Source: Azolla caroliniana (Eukaryota; Plantae; Polypodiophyta). From it: a DNA stretch of 64,000 nt. The position numbers and the translations under genes were made by a program. The notes under the pieces are model-generated. The model saw nothing but the letters and a program-made list of their open reading frames with translations. It was not told the DNA's origin and made no database searches. The stretch spans positions 22,568,001-22,632,000 of the forward strand of contig JBHGNT010000001.1 in assembly GCA_043228905.1 (NCBI GenBank). The letters run 5' to 3'. Below, one piece after another: positions 37,041 through 50,238 of the stretch. Each line of letters opens with the position of its first letter. The stretch's first letter is position 1.

Positions 37041-38930
37041 CTCATATATCGGCTTACTTTTCCCACAACAAATGTTATGTCTGGTCTTGTGCAGACCATA
37101 GCGTACATTAACTTGCTGACGACTGAGGCATATGGGACTTTCCTCATCTTAGCCTTTTCTTTCTCCCCTCTCGGGCATTGCTTTGCATTCAACTTGCAAT
37201 TTTTTGGCAACATCGAGCTGACTGGCTTTGCTTCCGACATGTTGAACCTTTCTAGGATCTTTGTCAGATACTTCTGTTGTGACAACCACAACACTTTCTT
37301 AGTTCTATCTCGAACTATGTGCATCCCCAAGTTCTGTTTCGCCGGTCCAAGATCTACCTAGAGCTTTCTTCAAGCGTCCGATCTTCATTGTATCTTCATC
37401 GACTATCAACATGTCATCTAGACATAATAAGAGAATAAAGAAGTCACCTTCATCGTACCTTTTGACGAACACACAATGATGAGCCTGTGTTTTCTAGAAC
37501 CTATGTTCTTGCATGAAGGATTCAAACTTCTTCTACCATTGGCGTGGAGCTTGTTTCAACCCATACAAGCTTTTCTTCAGTCAACACACTTGGTTCTCTT
37601 TCCCTTTTTCCTCAAAGCCTTTGGGCTGCAACATGTAGATTTCTTCATCCAGCTCCCCATGCAAGAATGTTGTCTTCATATTGAACTGTTCGGTCTCTAG
37701 GTCCATGCTGGTAGCTATACTCAGAACAGTTCGGATGGATCTCATCTTGAAGACTGGTGCGAATATTTCGTCAAAGTCGACGTCCTTTTTTAGTTGGAAA
37801 TCCTTCACCACAATGCGGGCTTAATACCTGGGCGCACTGTTGACTTCTCCAGTCTTCACCTTGTACACTCATTTACTCCTAAGTGCACTCTTACCTTTTA
37901 GCAGGATCGTAGTTATAATTTTAGTGCAAGGAATCCATCTCTTCTTGCATCGCATTTAGCCACTTATCACTATGCTTGTCGGTTGTGGCTTCTTCATAGC
38001 ACTCTGGTTCACCTTCATTAGTCAAGAGAGGAATCTTCTTGGGTTCGACATTATTACCGACACCTTTGTCTTTCTTCATGTGTCGGTAGTCCTTTTGGAA
38101 ATGTCCAGGTTCACCATAGTAAAAGCATTTCAACTTACCTCCGGACTTCGATCTGGCGTGGGACACGTCCCTTCGTTGTGGACTTCTTTGCCCGTTCCTT
38201 TCCCCCGGTATGTAGAGCCACTTTCAACTCCGATTGGGACATGACTCCCTTGTCCTTCCTCCTCATCTCCTCATTCAAGATACTTGTCTTACGTCTTGTA
38301 GAGACAAGTTCTCTTCTTGACATGAGCTGCTGAGAGTAAGCACTAGGTTCTCCTAGTTGTTCGACAATGTGCACATCAGTATGATGGCCTGCATTGCATC
38401 TTCAAGGGGAAACTTGGTTGTAGCCAGTTGGTTCACATACCCCATGACTATCCTGATGTGTTCAACGATTCTCTCACCGTCTTTGTATTTCAGCCGCAAG
38501 ATCTTTCTCATTCGTGAGGTTTTATTGAGGGCGTTCTTCCTCTCATATAGACTTGATAGTTTCTGCCACATCTCATGGGCATTTGTGTCGTTCGCCACAT
38601 GCGGAAGGACACTTACATTGACACACTATCGAATGGTAGCCACCGGCTTTTTGCTAAGAAGTTTCCATTCCAACTCTAATACCCCCGTGGGTATTTCGGC
38701 TCTGTGGATCGGCTCGTACAGGACTTTGACTATGAGAAGGTCCTCCATCTTTATCTTCTAGTCCACATAGTTCCGAGAGTTTAAAACTATCATACCTAGG
38801 AAGCCGCTCACACCTCCTTCCATGCTTGCATGTCAAGCTCTAATACCAGTTTGTTGTGAATCGGATAATCAATCCCCAATACATATGCTGAAATACACAA
38901 CTCAGAACACACACAACAATAGTGTACACA
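37041..38930 (-). mobile_element. C3: heavily deleted Tork-like copia fragment (LTR part, PBS, gag, RT)
   Basis: RT ORFs 37013-37330 and 37581-37811; gag 38353-38598 and knuckle CFYYGEPGH fused directly to the pre-RT region; PBS-like GCTCTAATACCA ~38837-38848. Confidence 0.75.
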
Positions 38931-39082
38931 CTCGTGTGAGCATTGAAGTACACAGTACTTCTGTCAGTCCTCTTAGGACTTGTATAAATAGTGTTGTTAA
39001 GCACGTTGTATGTAGAGCGAACTATTATTGTTTTGATAATTGATTTATGTTGTTTTGCTCCTTCTCTATCTCTCCCACGTAT

Positions 39083-39118
<36 letters not shown>

Positions 39119-39169
39119 ATTGCTATCCGACTAAGCCAATTGTCCAAAGCTTCCGCACCTTCGTTTTTA
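38931..39169 (+). repeat. 3' half of a C1-family LTR
   Basis: TATA TTGTATAAATAG; end matches 36953-37040; start matches 61250-61380. Confidence 0.7.
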
Positions 39170-42100
39170 CACATATTAGGAGCTCGGTTGAAGCCATCTC
39201 CTGTTCACTCCCTTAGTAAATACGCTCTAACAGTATAAGTCATTACGCCAAGCAGGCTACACGTATCCCTTCCCCCTTGCACCAGGATCACCTTCATACC
39301 TACCCTAAAGGACTGAGGGTAGGTCGTGTTCCTAACCGGCAACACTTTTGGCACACCTGGTGATCTATGAATTCTCACACCCGAGCAACAAGGAATGGAT
39401 GTCTAGCCGCCGACATACTAGAGAACCCACTCGACAAGATCGACCACAAATCAGATACGTCACTCGACAGACAGAAGAACGAGTTATGCGAAAACCTCAT
39501 CTCAATGACCGTGCCCCCTCTTCCCTAGAGGATACGGTAGAATCCACGCTTACGAAGCAAAGTAGCATCCGGTAGGAAGCCCTATTGCCACCGGACCAAG
39601 TTAGTGTTACAAAGTCTCACAAACAACCCCATCCCGTTAGTAGCAATAGCCCCGACACAAATGTCAAAACCAACATGGCTTTCTCATATCCCCATTTCAA
39701 CGGCGAATCCGACGTTAAGAGCCACATTCGTTCGTTCCTCAATGTTTGGAACGCTAATCACATGGCACAACGACTTCCGGAAATGGAAGCACACGCATCG
39801 AAGATCGACGAGTTCGGAATAACCTTGGATGGTTGCGGTGCCCGTTGGCATTCCCCGCTCGATATCACATCATTTGTGACATTTGACCAACTTCAATAGT
39901 CTTTTTTGTGATTCTTCCATCAGAGTGTCCCTTAGTGCGAGATTATAAGCTAGTTTTATACCATGAAGTAGTCTCCACAGGAATCAGTCGCAGATTATAG
40001 TTTGCGATTTCAGACCCTACAACGATAGCTCACACGCATTCGAACGAAGGACGAGGCTAAGGACACATTTTTGGCAGCGTTACAACGACCTCTCAAGACT
40101 ACACTAACAACGCAGGATGTGAAGGGCGAGACGACGAATATGGTTATTGAGCGGGCGTTACAACTTGAATTAGAAGACAAGGATGAAGGACTATCCATGG
40201 CATCACTCCGGCAAGCGTTGCCCTAGGACGAGGAGTATCGATTCCGCCAGGCAATTCAATGCACAATCTGCCTGAACTCAGGGCACTCCGTGGTGGATTG
40301 TAACATGCGGATACGTTGCCCCATCTACCATTCATGGGCACATACAGTGAACCAGTGCGAATATAATATGCTGAACAAGCCCACACCGAAAGTTCACCAT
40401 ATGGAATCGTAGCAGCAACACGCCGTAATGACCAAGGCAAGCAGGAGGAGCGGTATTGTAATACGGAATGAAACTAGTGTACGGAAAAGCCGTACCATCA
40501 CTGTTGCAAGAATTACCCTGAGTCCGACGAAGAAGAGCAGGAAGAAGAAGATGATCGAAGCAATGACCGTTACAAGCAAGGGGGGCATCGTTATGATAAT
40601 CGACATTGTACCAACAATTGCGGCGGATAGGTTGGACCCCGACACGAGGCACGGGATCAACGCCGTTACGAAGAAAGCTCCGAGGAGGAATAGTAAAGCT
40701 CCGAGGAGGAATGGTGCCAAGAGCCTCGCCAGGAATATCACTAGAAGCCCTGTCATCACAGGCGATTTCAGCAAACACGGGAAGAGCAATCTGCACCCAG
40801 GGAAACCACTGCAGCACTAGTAGTTCAAAAAGAGAAATCCAACATACATTGCTTCGTGTGCCAACAACTAGGCCACTATGCGACGCAATGTCCTTAGTGC
40901 AATAAAGGCAAGGAACCAACCGTGAATACCATCACGACGGATATCCAACAAGTCACAACACGTAGCCAGGCAAAAAATACAGAATGGGCAGAACAAGATG
41001 ACATATGCAAGGCGGCCCAAGCATGGGTGGAGAAAGCAAACACGACCAACGTAGAGCGAATGAGGCAAGAATCGACGAGTGCCACCATGCAGATCAACGT
41101 ATGACGTTATCACTCGCTTCCTTAGGCAAATACGTTGACACAACCGTATGTTACGATACTTGATGGATTTCGCAACCCCCCTGCACGCCGCAATACACTG
41201 TACTCCATTAAAATGGACAGAAATAGAAGATAAGGCGTACACCGCACTCAAAGTAATGTTGACCCAAGTGCCTGTCGTACAACCCCCAGATTGAGTAAAT
41301 CATTCCATGTATTTGTGGATGCCTCTAACATTGCAATCGGCCAGCGCGCTAATGCAGCTCACTAGGGTATACTACTCGAGCTGTAAATTATCGAATGCAG
41401 AGCGGAATTATTCAAGAACAGAGCGTCAAGCCTTGGGGATGATTTACAACGTAAACAAATTCCGACATTACTTACTAGGGCAGAAGTTCACATTTCATGT
41501 GAACCACGCGATGCTACTCTACTTAGTCGAGAAGCAGGTGTTAACGGGGTAATTAGCCAGATGGACGTTGCTACTCCAGGAATTTAAATTCACAATCCAG
41601 AATCAACCGGGTACACAAGACGTCGTAGTTGATTATCTAAGCAAACTAGATAACGATGACAACGCAAAAACACGAGACGAGGATTTCCTTGACGCCGATA
41701 TTTTGTGGGGTGCGGCTATACCGACACAAGACAAGAAAAATTTTCCAGACCAGTGGTTGATGTAGATGACCTACTTCTTGACAACGGGACAGCCACCACC
41801 ATATCTACGAATGGAAGAAAAGAAAAGACTCGCAGTACGGAGCCGTAATTTCTGCCTAATTGAAGGAGTCCTATATCATAAGGGGAGTGATGGTATCTGG
41901 AGGCACGGTATACGGCAAGAGGAGAAGGAAGCCATTTTACATGAAGCTCAATACGGAACGATAAGAGGCCATTACGTAGGAGACGTTACGACACGAAAAG
42001 TATGGCAAGCAGGGCTTTGGCGGCCAACTACGCAAAAAGACGTGTATCAATATTGCAAAGAGTGCGATCCTTGCTAACGCATGGGCCAACCTACGAAGCT

Positions 42101-42183
42101 CGCATAGATGCCGCACCAGCTAGTGCTCCCGCTCGACCCCTTCAAGAAACGGGTTCTCGATTTTGTCGACCCCTTTACTCCAG

Positions 42184-43461
42184 TGTGGTGTGGTTTTTCA
42201 CACACGATATGAAAACTATGTAAAAAAATAATGAAATAATTATTTTAGATTAGATTAGTACTCAAGAGCTTTAAAACGCATTTCACTACATACAAAATGG
42301 AAGTTATTAGAACATGAAGTTGAGAAGATAGGTAAAATAGAACTATGATTTATCCCCCATAGATAGGAAACTTAAGGCCTTGGCTATATAAGCACATTCA
42401 GATCCCTCATTTTTAATTTGTGCTAAAAGCACTTTGGCCACTTTGTCTAGATGGATGAATGTAGCCAAGTTACCAAGAAACCAAACTAGAACCAACCGGA
42501 AAGCTAACCAGGACCGGCCGGTAAGCAATCCAGAACCAACGAAATCGGCAATCGGATGGTGTCGGAAATCGGGTGGATCCGACAACCAGTGATCGGGTGG
42601 AACCGGCGACCGAACGAGGCTGGACGCGGACCGGATGGATTGGATGGGCGGTGATCGAGACAGATGGATGATGGGATCATGTGGGAAATTAAAGTAAAGT
42701 AAAGGAGACTAAAGTAAAGGCCATGTGGACGGTCGCATGCAACTAAAAGAAAAAGGCATGCAACTAAAAATGGATGCAACTAAAAGTAGAGGCCATGCAA
42801 CTAAAAGTGGGGATGCAAAGTAAATTGAAGGCTATAATCAACGAAGAACTCCATATATAGTCCATTTTTTTTCCTACACTCACTCTCTCTCAATTTTTAT
42901 TTTCTTTTCCTCCTCAACCCCCTTATCTTATGGAAGCCATAACTCTCAAAAACCCTAAATTCCCTACGGAAGCCATAACACTCATAAACTATAATTTTCC
43001 ATACGGAAGCCATATCTCTCATAAACCCTAATTTCCTTACGGAAGCCAAAAACCCTAATTTTCCCGACGGAAACCATAAACCCTAATTTTCCTTACGGAA
43101 GTCATAAATCCTAATTTTCCTTACGGAAGCCATATCTCTCAAAAACCCTAATTTTCCATATGGAAGCTATTGAACTCATAAACCACAATCTCTTATAAAA
43201 CCAAAAACCCTAATTTTCTATCGAATCCATATCTCAAATTCTTCTAATCTATTACTCTAGCAACCTCCATTAGCTAAACATTTTGTAATCCCAATCTTGG
43301 AATTGATTGTAATCTTTCTTTCTATTTGTTAATGAAATTTGTCAATCTTTCTTATTTCCATTAATTGTTAAAAAATATAAACGCACGAATGTGATATCCT
43401 CTGGTTGGAGGCCCTGGGGTCTTGTCTCAAGTTCACGTATCCTCATCGTATTTTCGCGACA
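42184..43461 (+). mobile_element. Solo LTR (Phygy-like, related to G5 LTR) inside G4 integrase
   Basis: TGTGGTGTGG..TTTCGCGACA; TSD CCAG/CCGG; host frame GLDFVDPFTP|AATRT restored. Confidence 0.85.
42925..43230. repeat. Degenerate tandem array of AAACCCTAATTTTCC(T/A)TACGGAAGCCATA units
   Basis: About 8-9 imperfect copies, most containing the telo-box AAACCCTA. Confidence 0.8.
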
Positions 43462-44686
43462 CCGGCAGCGACACGAACAAAGAAGAAATATAACTTAGTC
43501 GCCATGGATTATTGCACGAAATGGGTAGAAGCGAAAGCATTATGGGATAACACCGCGACATCGATGAAAAAATTCTTATACAAGCACATTTGGTGCCATT
43601 TTGGCTGGCCAATAGAACTCATAAGAGATCAAGGAAGCCATTTCTTGAATATGGTTATCCACGACCTCACACACCATTAAGTTGTAGTACATAACAAGAG
43701 TACGCCGTATTATCCTCAAGGGAATGGATTATTGGAATCAACGAACAAGACGTTGTAGAATATCCTGAATAAGATCGTTAATGAGAATAGAACGGATTGG
43801 GACATTACACTGCATAGCGCCTTGTGGGCTTACCGCACGAGCTACAAGACAAGCATACAATCAATTCCCTTCTGACTAGCGTACGGGCTAGAAGCCGTAA
43901 TGCCCATTGAATTTCAGATACCCAGCTTGCATATTCAAGTCCGGAAAGATTGTCAGAAGGTCAGTCTGAACAGATACGTTTATAGCAATTACTGGAGTTA
44001 GGCGAAACACGAGTCCAAAGTATGGCAATCCTGGAACACGAGCAGAGACGGCGTAAAGCGTTCGTAGACCGACACCAAGGCACTAGTGACAAACACTTCA
44101 AAGTTGGGAAAGTCGTTTTAGTCTTCCAAACCTGGCTGAGCCAAATGCTGGGAAAATTACGATTCTGCTGGACAGGGATGTATTGGATAATAAGGGTTGA
44201 AAATAGAACCTTTCAATTAGGGACCCTTCAAGGCGAAATATTGCGGCAAAAAATGAACGGGTTCCGCATGAAGCCGTACTTCGGACCTAAGCCACCGAAT
44301 CCATTTCACACCGTAAAAGACGAAACGTACGTTGCTTCCCACGCCAACCAGTAGTCGGGACCCACTTGTAAAAAATGTAATCGTAATATTGTACTTTATC
44401 GTTAAAAAAAGAAAAAAAGAGAGGACAGTTACAACTATTAAAGGGCTTTTATGCATGCACACTTTTCGGCACAATGATGCAAAGGCCCATGAACCCTAAG
44501 TCGCAAAAAGAGGAGAACAAACAATTTTCTCCACATTACAGAAAACATAAGCAAGCCTTCTGCTCCCCTCGCTCGCCTCGTGCTCCTCACTCTCCACGCT
44601 CTCCAGCTTTTCATAGGCTTCACGGTCCGTGCAACTCGCGTGCCCTAACCCCTAATCACTCCTCGCACAATCCTTGCCAAGGTACT

Positions 44687-47600
44687 ATGCCAATCCCCAT
44701 CTCCTCAGCACTGCGACAATGGCTCCTGGAAAAGGGCTTTGAAGGCTACATTTAGGTAGTAGAGGCGCCACCGCACCCCGATGCCCAAGAAATTGCTAGG
44801 AAGCTTAATATCGACACAATTATGAATGCCAACATCAGAAAGAAGTTGGGTTTGATGGCGGTAGGAGAGAAACATTTTGAGATTCCCCCTGCAGAAGACT
44901 TGGAGAGATATTTCGGAGAGTACTTAACCTTCGCCAATGCATACAGAACAAAGGACATTCCGAACGCTTTTTTCCAAGAGGTGGTGAAATTTTTATTGGA
45001 AGTCGGTTGCGTCCATGTGAACGTTTACGGGATGCCGAAGTAGAAAGCGAGCATCCTCATCGACATGTTCGAAGTCCGCGCCGTGGATTGGGGAGTAATC
45101 ACGGGCCCAACATTAAGAAAAGGCCTGCATGCCTTTCAAGCTAGGAAGAAGCTGCGTCCAATAATACAACAGTACTTAACCGTGATGTTTTCTCCCCAAG
45201 GATTGCCCGCACCAGATACAAGACTCACGCCTCCACCTCGGTCCACGAAATGGCAATTAACGGACCTAGCGACGATGGAATGGTGTAGGGAAATATGCGG
45301 AATATTACTCAGCCACAACCGACTCTCAAATCGTGTCATTTAGAATCAAAACACCGAGAATGGGAATGGAGGGTAAATACATGTATATGCACACACATTG
45401 TAAACAAGAGAGTACACAAGATGTTAACGTGGAAAACCCTGAGAGAGAAAAACCACGGGAGCCCACGGACTCCAAATTATCACTATGTCAAATAATACAA
45501 TAGGGGGCACAGAGGCAACGACCTCCTACTTACACTCTTCGCTTGGCGGCGGTTACAACAGAGAATCACTTTGTATCTCTCTCTCTTTGTTACGCTCTGT
45601 ACAATAGTTACACCAACACAAAGAATGACCAACACAACTTACTAAGTGTTTGCCCTAGGTCATTTTATACTAATATGACATTAGGACTATTTCAAATGTA
45701 GCCCCAATGGGCTCTCAGAAACATATTTACCTATATGTCCCTTCATCCGTTGAGAGGTTCTCACCGGATCTTCCTTGCCGGGTGCTCATCATCCGGTTCT
45801 CACCGGGCCTTTATAATCCCATCCGAAGGGACTGAAGTCCTAACAAACTCCCCCTTACTGTGGCATGGGATGTCTAGTTAGTCCAATTCACTACCAGCAC
45901 GCGTCCAACTTGTCGGGTGTCATCACCTTGGTCAACATATCTGACCCATTCTCCTCTGTGTGGATCTTCGTTAACATGAACTCCCGATCTTCTACTGCGC
46001 TGGATGTGCTTCATTCTGGAATGGTATGCAGCGTTCTTTGCAAGGTGTATGGCACTTTGACTGTCGCAGTAGAGCTGGTATTCCTCTTGTCGGATCCCCA
46101 GCTCTCCGATGAAGTCCTTCATCCATAATATTTCCTTGCCAGCTTCCACGACTATCATGTACTCCACCTCCATGGTTGACAACGCACCCGTCTTCTGCAG
46201 CCTCGACTGCCACGAAACAGCTCCCCCTGCATATGTCATAACATATCCCGATGTTGACCTGTTGGCATCCGCATCAACCGACATATCCGAATCTGTGAAA
46301 CTATCAAGTTTGGGTTAACCGAAGCCGAATCAGAGGCACATGATTGAGGTGCCTTTCAAGTACCGGAGTATCCATTTTACCGCATTCTAGTGCTCCTTGC
46401 CAGGATTGCTCATAAACCGGCTCACCACTCCAATTGCTTATCCGATATCCGGCTGGGTACACACCATAGCGTACATTAAGCTCCCGACGGCAGAGGCATA
46501 TGGTATCTTCATCATATCCGTCTTCTCTGCCTTCGTCTTCGGGCTTTGCTTACTGGATAACCTGCAGTTTGCCTGTTGTGTCGATCCGACTGTTTTCGCA
46601 TTTGACATGTTGAACCGCCGAAGCACCTTTGTCACGTACTTCTCCTGTGACAACCACAATTGCTTCTTTGACTATTCCCGGATGATGTGCATCCCTAATA
46701 TCTGTCTTGCGGGACCCAAGTCTTTCATTGAGAAGGTCTGGTTCAAAGCCTTCTTCAGCATCCGTATCTTGACTTGGTCTTGTCCGACGATCAACATGTT
46801 GTCCATGTCTAGGAGTATCAGGAAGTCTCCACCTTCAAACTTCTTCACAAACACGCAGTGATCGGCCTGCGTCTTGTGGTATCCTTGATCCGTCATGAAG
46901 GAGTTGAACTTCCGGTACCATTGTCGGGGGGCCTGCTTTAGTCCATATAGGCTCTTCTTCAACTGGCAAACCAGGTGCTCCTTCCCTTTCTTCACAAATC
47001 CTTCCAGTTGCTGCATGTAGATCACCTCTTCAAGGTCACCGTGAAGGAACGTCGTCTTCACATCTAACTACTCTACCTCAAGATCCATGCTTGCCGCTAT
47101 GCTCAATACCGTCTGGATGGAAGTCATCTTTACTATCAGGGCAAATATCTCGTCGAAGTACACGCCCTTCTTTTGCTGGAACCCCTTCACCACGATCCTG
47201 GCTTTGTATCTCGGGGGGTTCTGGCATCTCCCGGTTTCAGCTTGTACATCCACTTGTTTCGGAGTGCCCTCTTTCCTTTCGGCAACTCCACCAATTCATA
47301 TGTGTGGTTCTCATGCATGGAATCCATCTCGTCCTGCATGGCACTCAACAACTTGCGGCAGTGGGTGTATCTGTTAGCTTCTTCGAAGCTTTCCGGCTCC
47401 CCCTCATTAGTTAGCAATACATGCTCTAGATGCGAAAATCTCTGGGGGGCCCTTCTCTCTCTGAGAGGATATCTACATCCTTGGTTTCCAGCAACCGGCT
47501 CCTCTATTTGCTCTTCATCCGAATCCGATTCGGGGTCTTGGCCGGTTCCGGTTCCAACTTCGTCTACTTCGTCTACTTCTTCTGCCGGTTCGATATCCTC

Positions 47601-50201
47601 ACCGTAACCGACCAGTTCTTCGAGTGCTAATCGGCTCTTTGCTGGTTGGGTTTGCATCTCATCGAATCGGTCCTTTCCGGTCGACTCGGAGGGTTTAGGG
47701 TTTAGGGTTCATTATCTTCTTCTCCGACTCCCAGTCGGCAAGAGTCTTGTCCTCCATAAAGATAATATCTCGACTCTGGAACACTTTCTTGTCCACGGGG
47801 TCCCACACTCGGTAGCCGAAACTCATCATCGCCTTATTCGAGGAATATGCAAGGCCGGGACTTTGGATCCAACTTTTCTCTCTGGTCCTTTGCCACATGC
47901 ACGTAAGTGACACACCCGAACACCTTCAGGTGTTAGTAAGACACTTCCTTACCGGTCCATACTCTCTCTGGTGTGTCTCCGTCCAAGGGCACTGAGGGTG
48001 ATCTGTTTATCACACACGTCGTTGTCGACAGCGCCTCAACCCAAAACTTCTTGGGTAACTTAGCATGTGCTAGCATACTCCGTACCCTCTCCATTATGGT
48101 CCGGTTCATCCTCTCGGCCAACCCATTGAGTTCCGGCGTCTTCGGCATGGTTAATTTGAGTCGGATTCCCTTCGAGCGGCAATACTCCTCGAACAGCCCC
48201 CGATATTCTCCTCCGTTATCTGCTCGAAATGCCTTCAGCTTTCAAGCGTTTTCTCTTTCCACTCTTGTGTGGAGCTCCTTGAAGACGAATAACACCTGAT
48301 CCTTCGTCTTCAATGGTGTGGCGCACAACTTCTGCCTGTGGTCGTCTATGAACGTCACGAAGTACTGTGATCCTGCATGTGACTTCGTGTCCACTTGACA
48401 CACTTTGGTATGCACCAGCTCCAGTGGTGCATTACGTCTCATCGGTGGCCATGAGAGGAAGGAGGTCTGGTTTTGCTTACCGGCCAGGCAGTCGGTGCAC
48501 TTCTCAAGATGCACGTCTTTCACCAGAATGAGGTTGTCATCGGCAAGCCTCTTCATCCCCTTCTTGCTCATGTGACACTGTCTCTTGTGCCACAGCTCAC
48601 CAGTAGTGTCGGAAGCAACGTTCACTTCTTTCGGGCATAACTGGGCATTCATCAGTTACAATGTGTTGACCTTCCGGGCCCGAGCCACTATCAAGCTCCT
48701 CTTGCTGAACTTCATAACACCGTTTTGGATGCTACCCGTGTAGCCTTCATCATCTAGCTGACCGGCTGATATCAGGTTCAGCCGAACCTCCGGAACATGT
48801 CGGTCATCCTTCAACAGCAACTTGCATTCGGTTGGTGTTGTTAGCCACACGTCTCCTATGTTGACATTTCAGCATGTACCTTCATTCCCCATTCAGACAC
48901 AATCGTGCTCACCGGTTGTGTAGGATGAGAAGCATTTCCGGTTTGAGGTCAGGTGGAACGGCGCTCCGGAGTCGACAACCCACATTGTCTCGTTGCTGGC
49001 AAGGTTCAACTCACTCACCTCGGTGATGAGCATCAACTCTTCTTCACTTGCCGTGATTGCCGTCGTTCCCTTCCGGTCCGGTCCTCTCCGGTCTTTACCG
49101 TTCCAGTTTGGTGACCGCTTCGAATTAGTACTGTCGGTTTCCTTGTCTTTTCGGAAATGCCGACAATTCTTCTTGAAGGGTCCCGGCTCGCCGCAATAGA
49201 AGCAAGTACGCCTCCCCCTTGACTTTGACAGTGTCCCCGACTTTTCCCAGTTTTGGGGACTCCGGTTCCTTTGTCTTCCGCGTTCCGATTCGGTAAGGAG
49301 CACCTTGGAGTCGGAGCTCGTATCCTTGTCTTTCCGACACGCCTCCTCATCTAGCAAGCTCGACTTGACTCTTGCTAGGGATATCTGTTTTCCTTCCGGC
49401 CCGGCGTTGCCCAAAGTGACAACTAACGTCTCCCAGCTATCTGGGACGGAACCGAGCAGGACCAATGCGAGTACCTCATCGGTGAGAGGTCCATCCAACG
49501 ATTTTCCCTGGTGAATCAGCCCCTAGAAGGCATTCATGTGCTCCGCCATACTGGAGCCATCTTGGTACCGGAGTCTTACTAGTTTCTAGAATACCGAAAC
49601 CCTATTAACAACATTATTGTTCTCAAACATAATGCCGATCTTCTCCTAGAGCTCATGAGCCTTGCTCTCTTCATTGAAGTTGTTGTACAGGATCATGTCG
49701 ATGAAGCACCGGATGTATGCCGTTGTCTTCATGTGCATCACCTCCCATAGTGTGGCATTGAACTTGTCCGGTCTTGTGTTCCCGAACTGAACCGGCAACC
49801 AAAGATCTTTGACCACTAGCATATCCCTCATCTTCGACTTCCACACAGAGTAGTTGGAGCCGATGAGCTTGAACATGCCGTTGAACGATTCTTCCATTTC
49901 CTGTGTTGTTCGCCCTGATACTAGATTTTAGGGAAATATGTGGAATATTACTCGGCCACAACCGAGTCTCAAATCATGTCGTTTAGAATCAAAACACCGA
50001 GAATGGGAATGGAAGGTAAATACATGTATATGCACACACACTATAAACAAGAGAGTACACAAGATGTGAACGTGGAAAACCCTAAGAGGGAAAACCCACG
50101 GACTCCAAATTATCACTATGTCAAAGAATACAACAAGGGGCACAGAGGCAATGACCTCTTGCTCACACTCTTCGCCTGGCGGCGGTTACAACAGAGAATC
50201 G

Positions 50202-50238
<37 letters not shown>

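Noticed and set aside
42925-43230. Interstitial telomere
   Set aside because: AAACCCTA occurs singly within longer units, not as (TTTAGGG)n.
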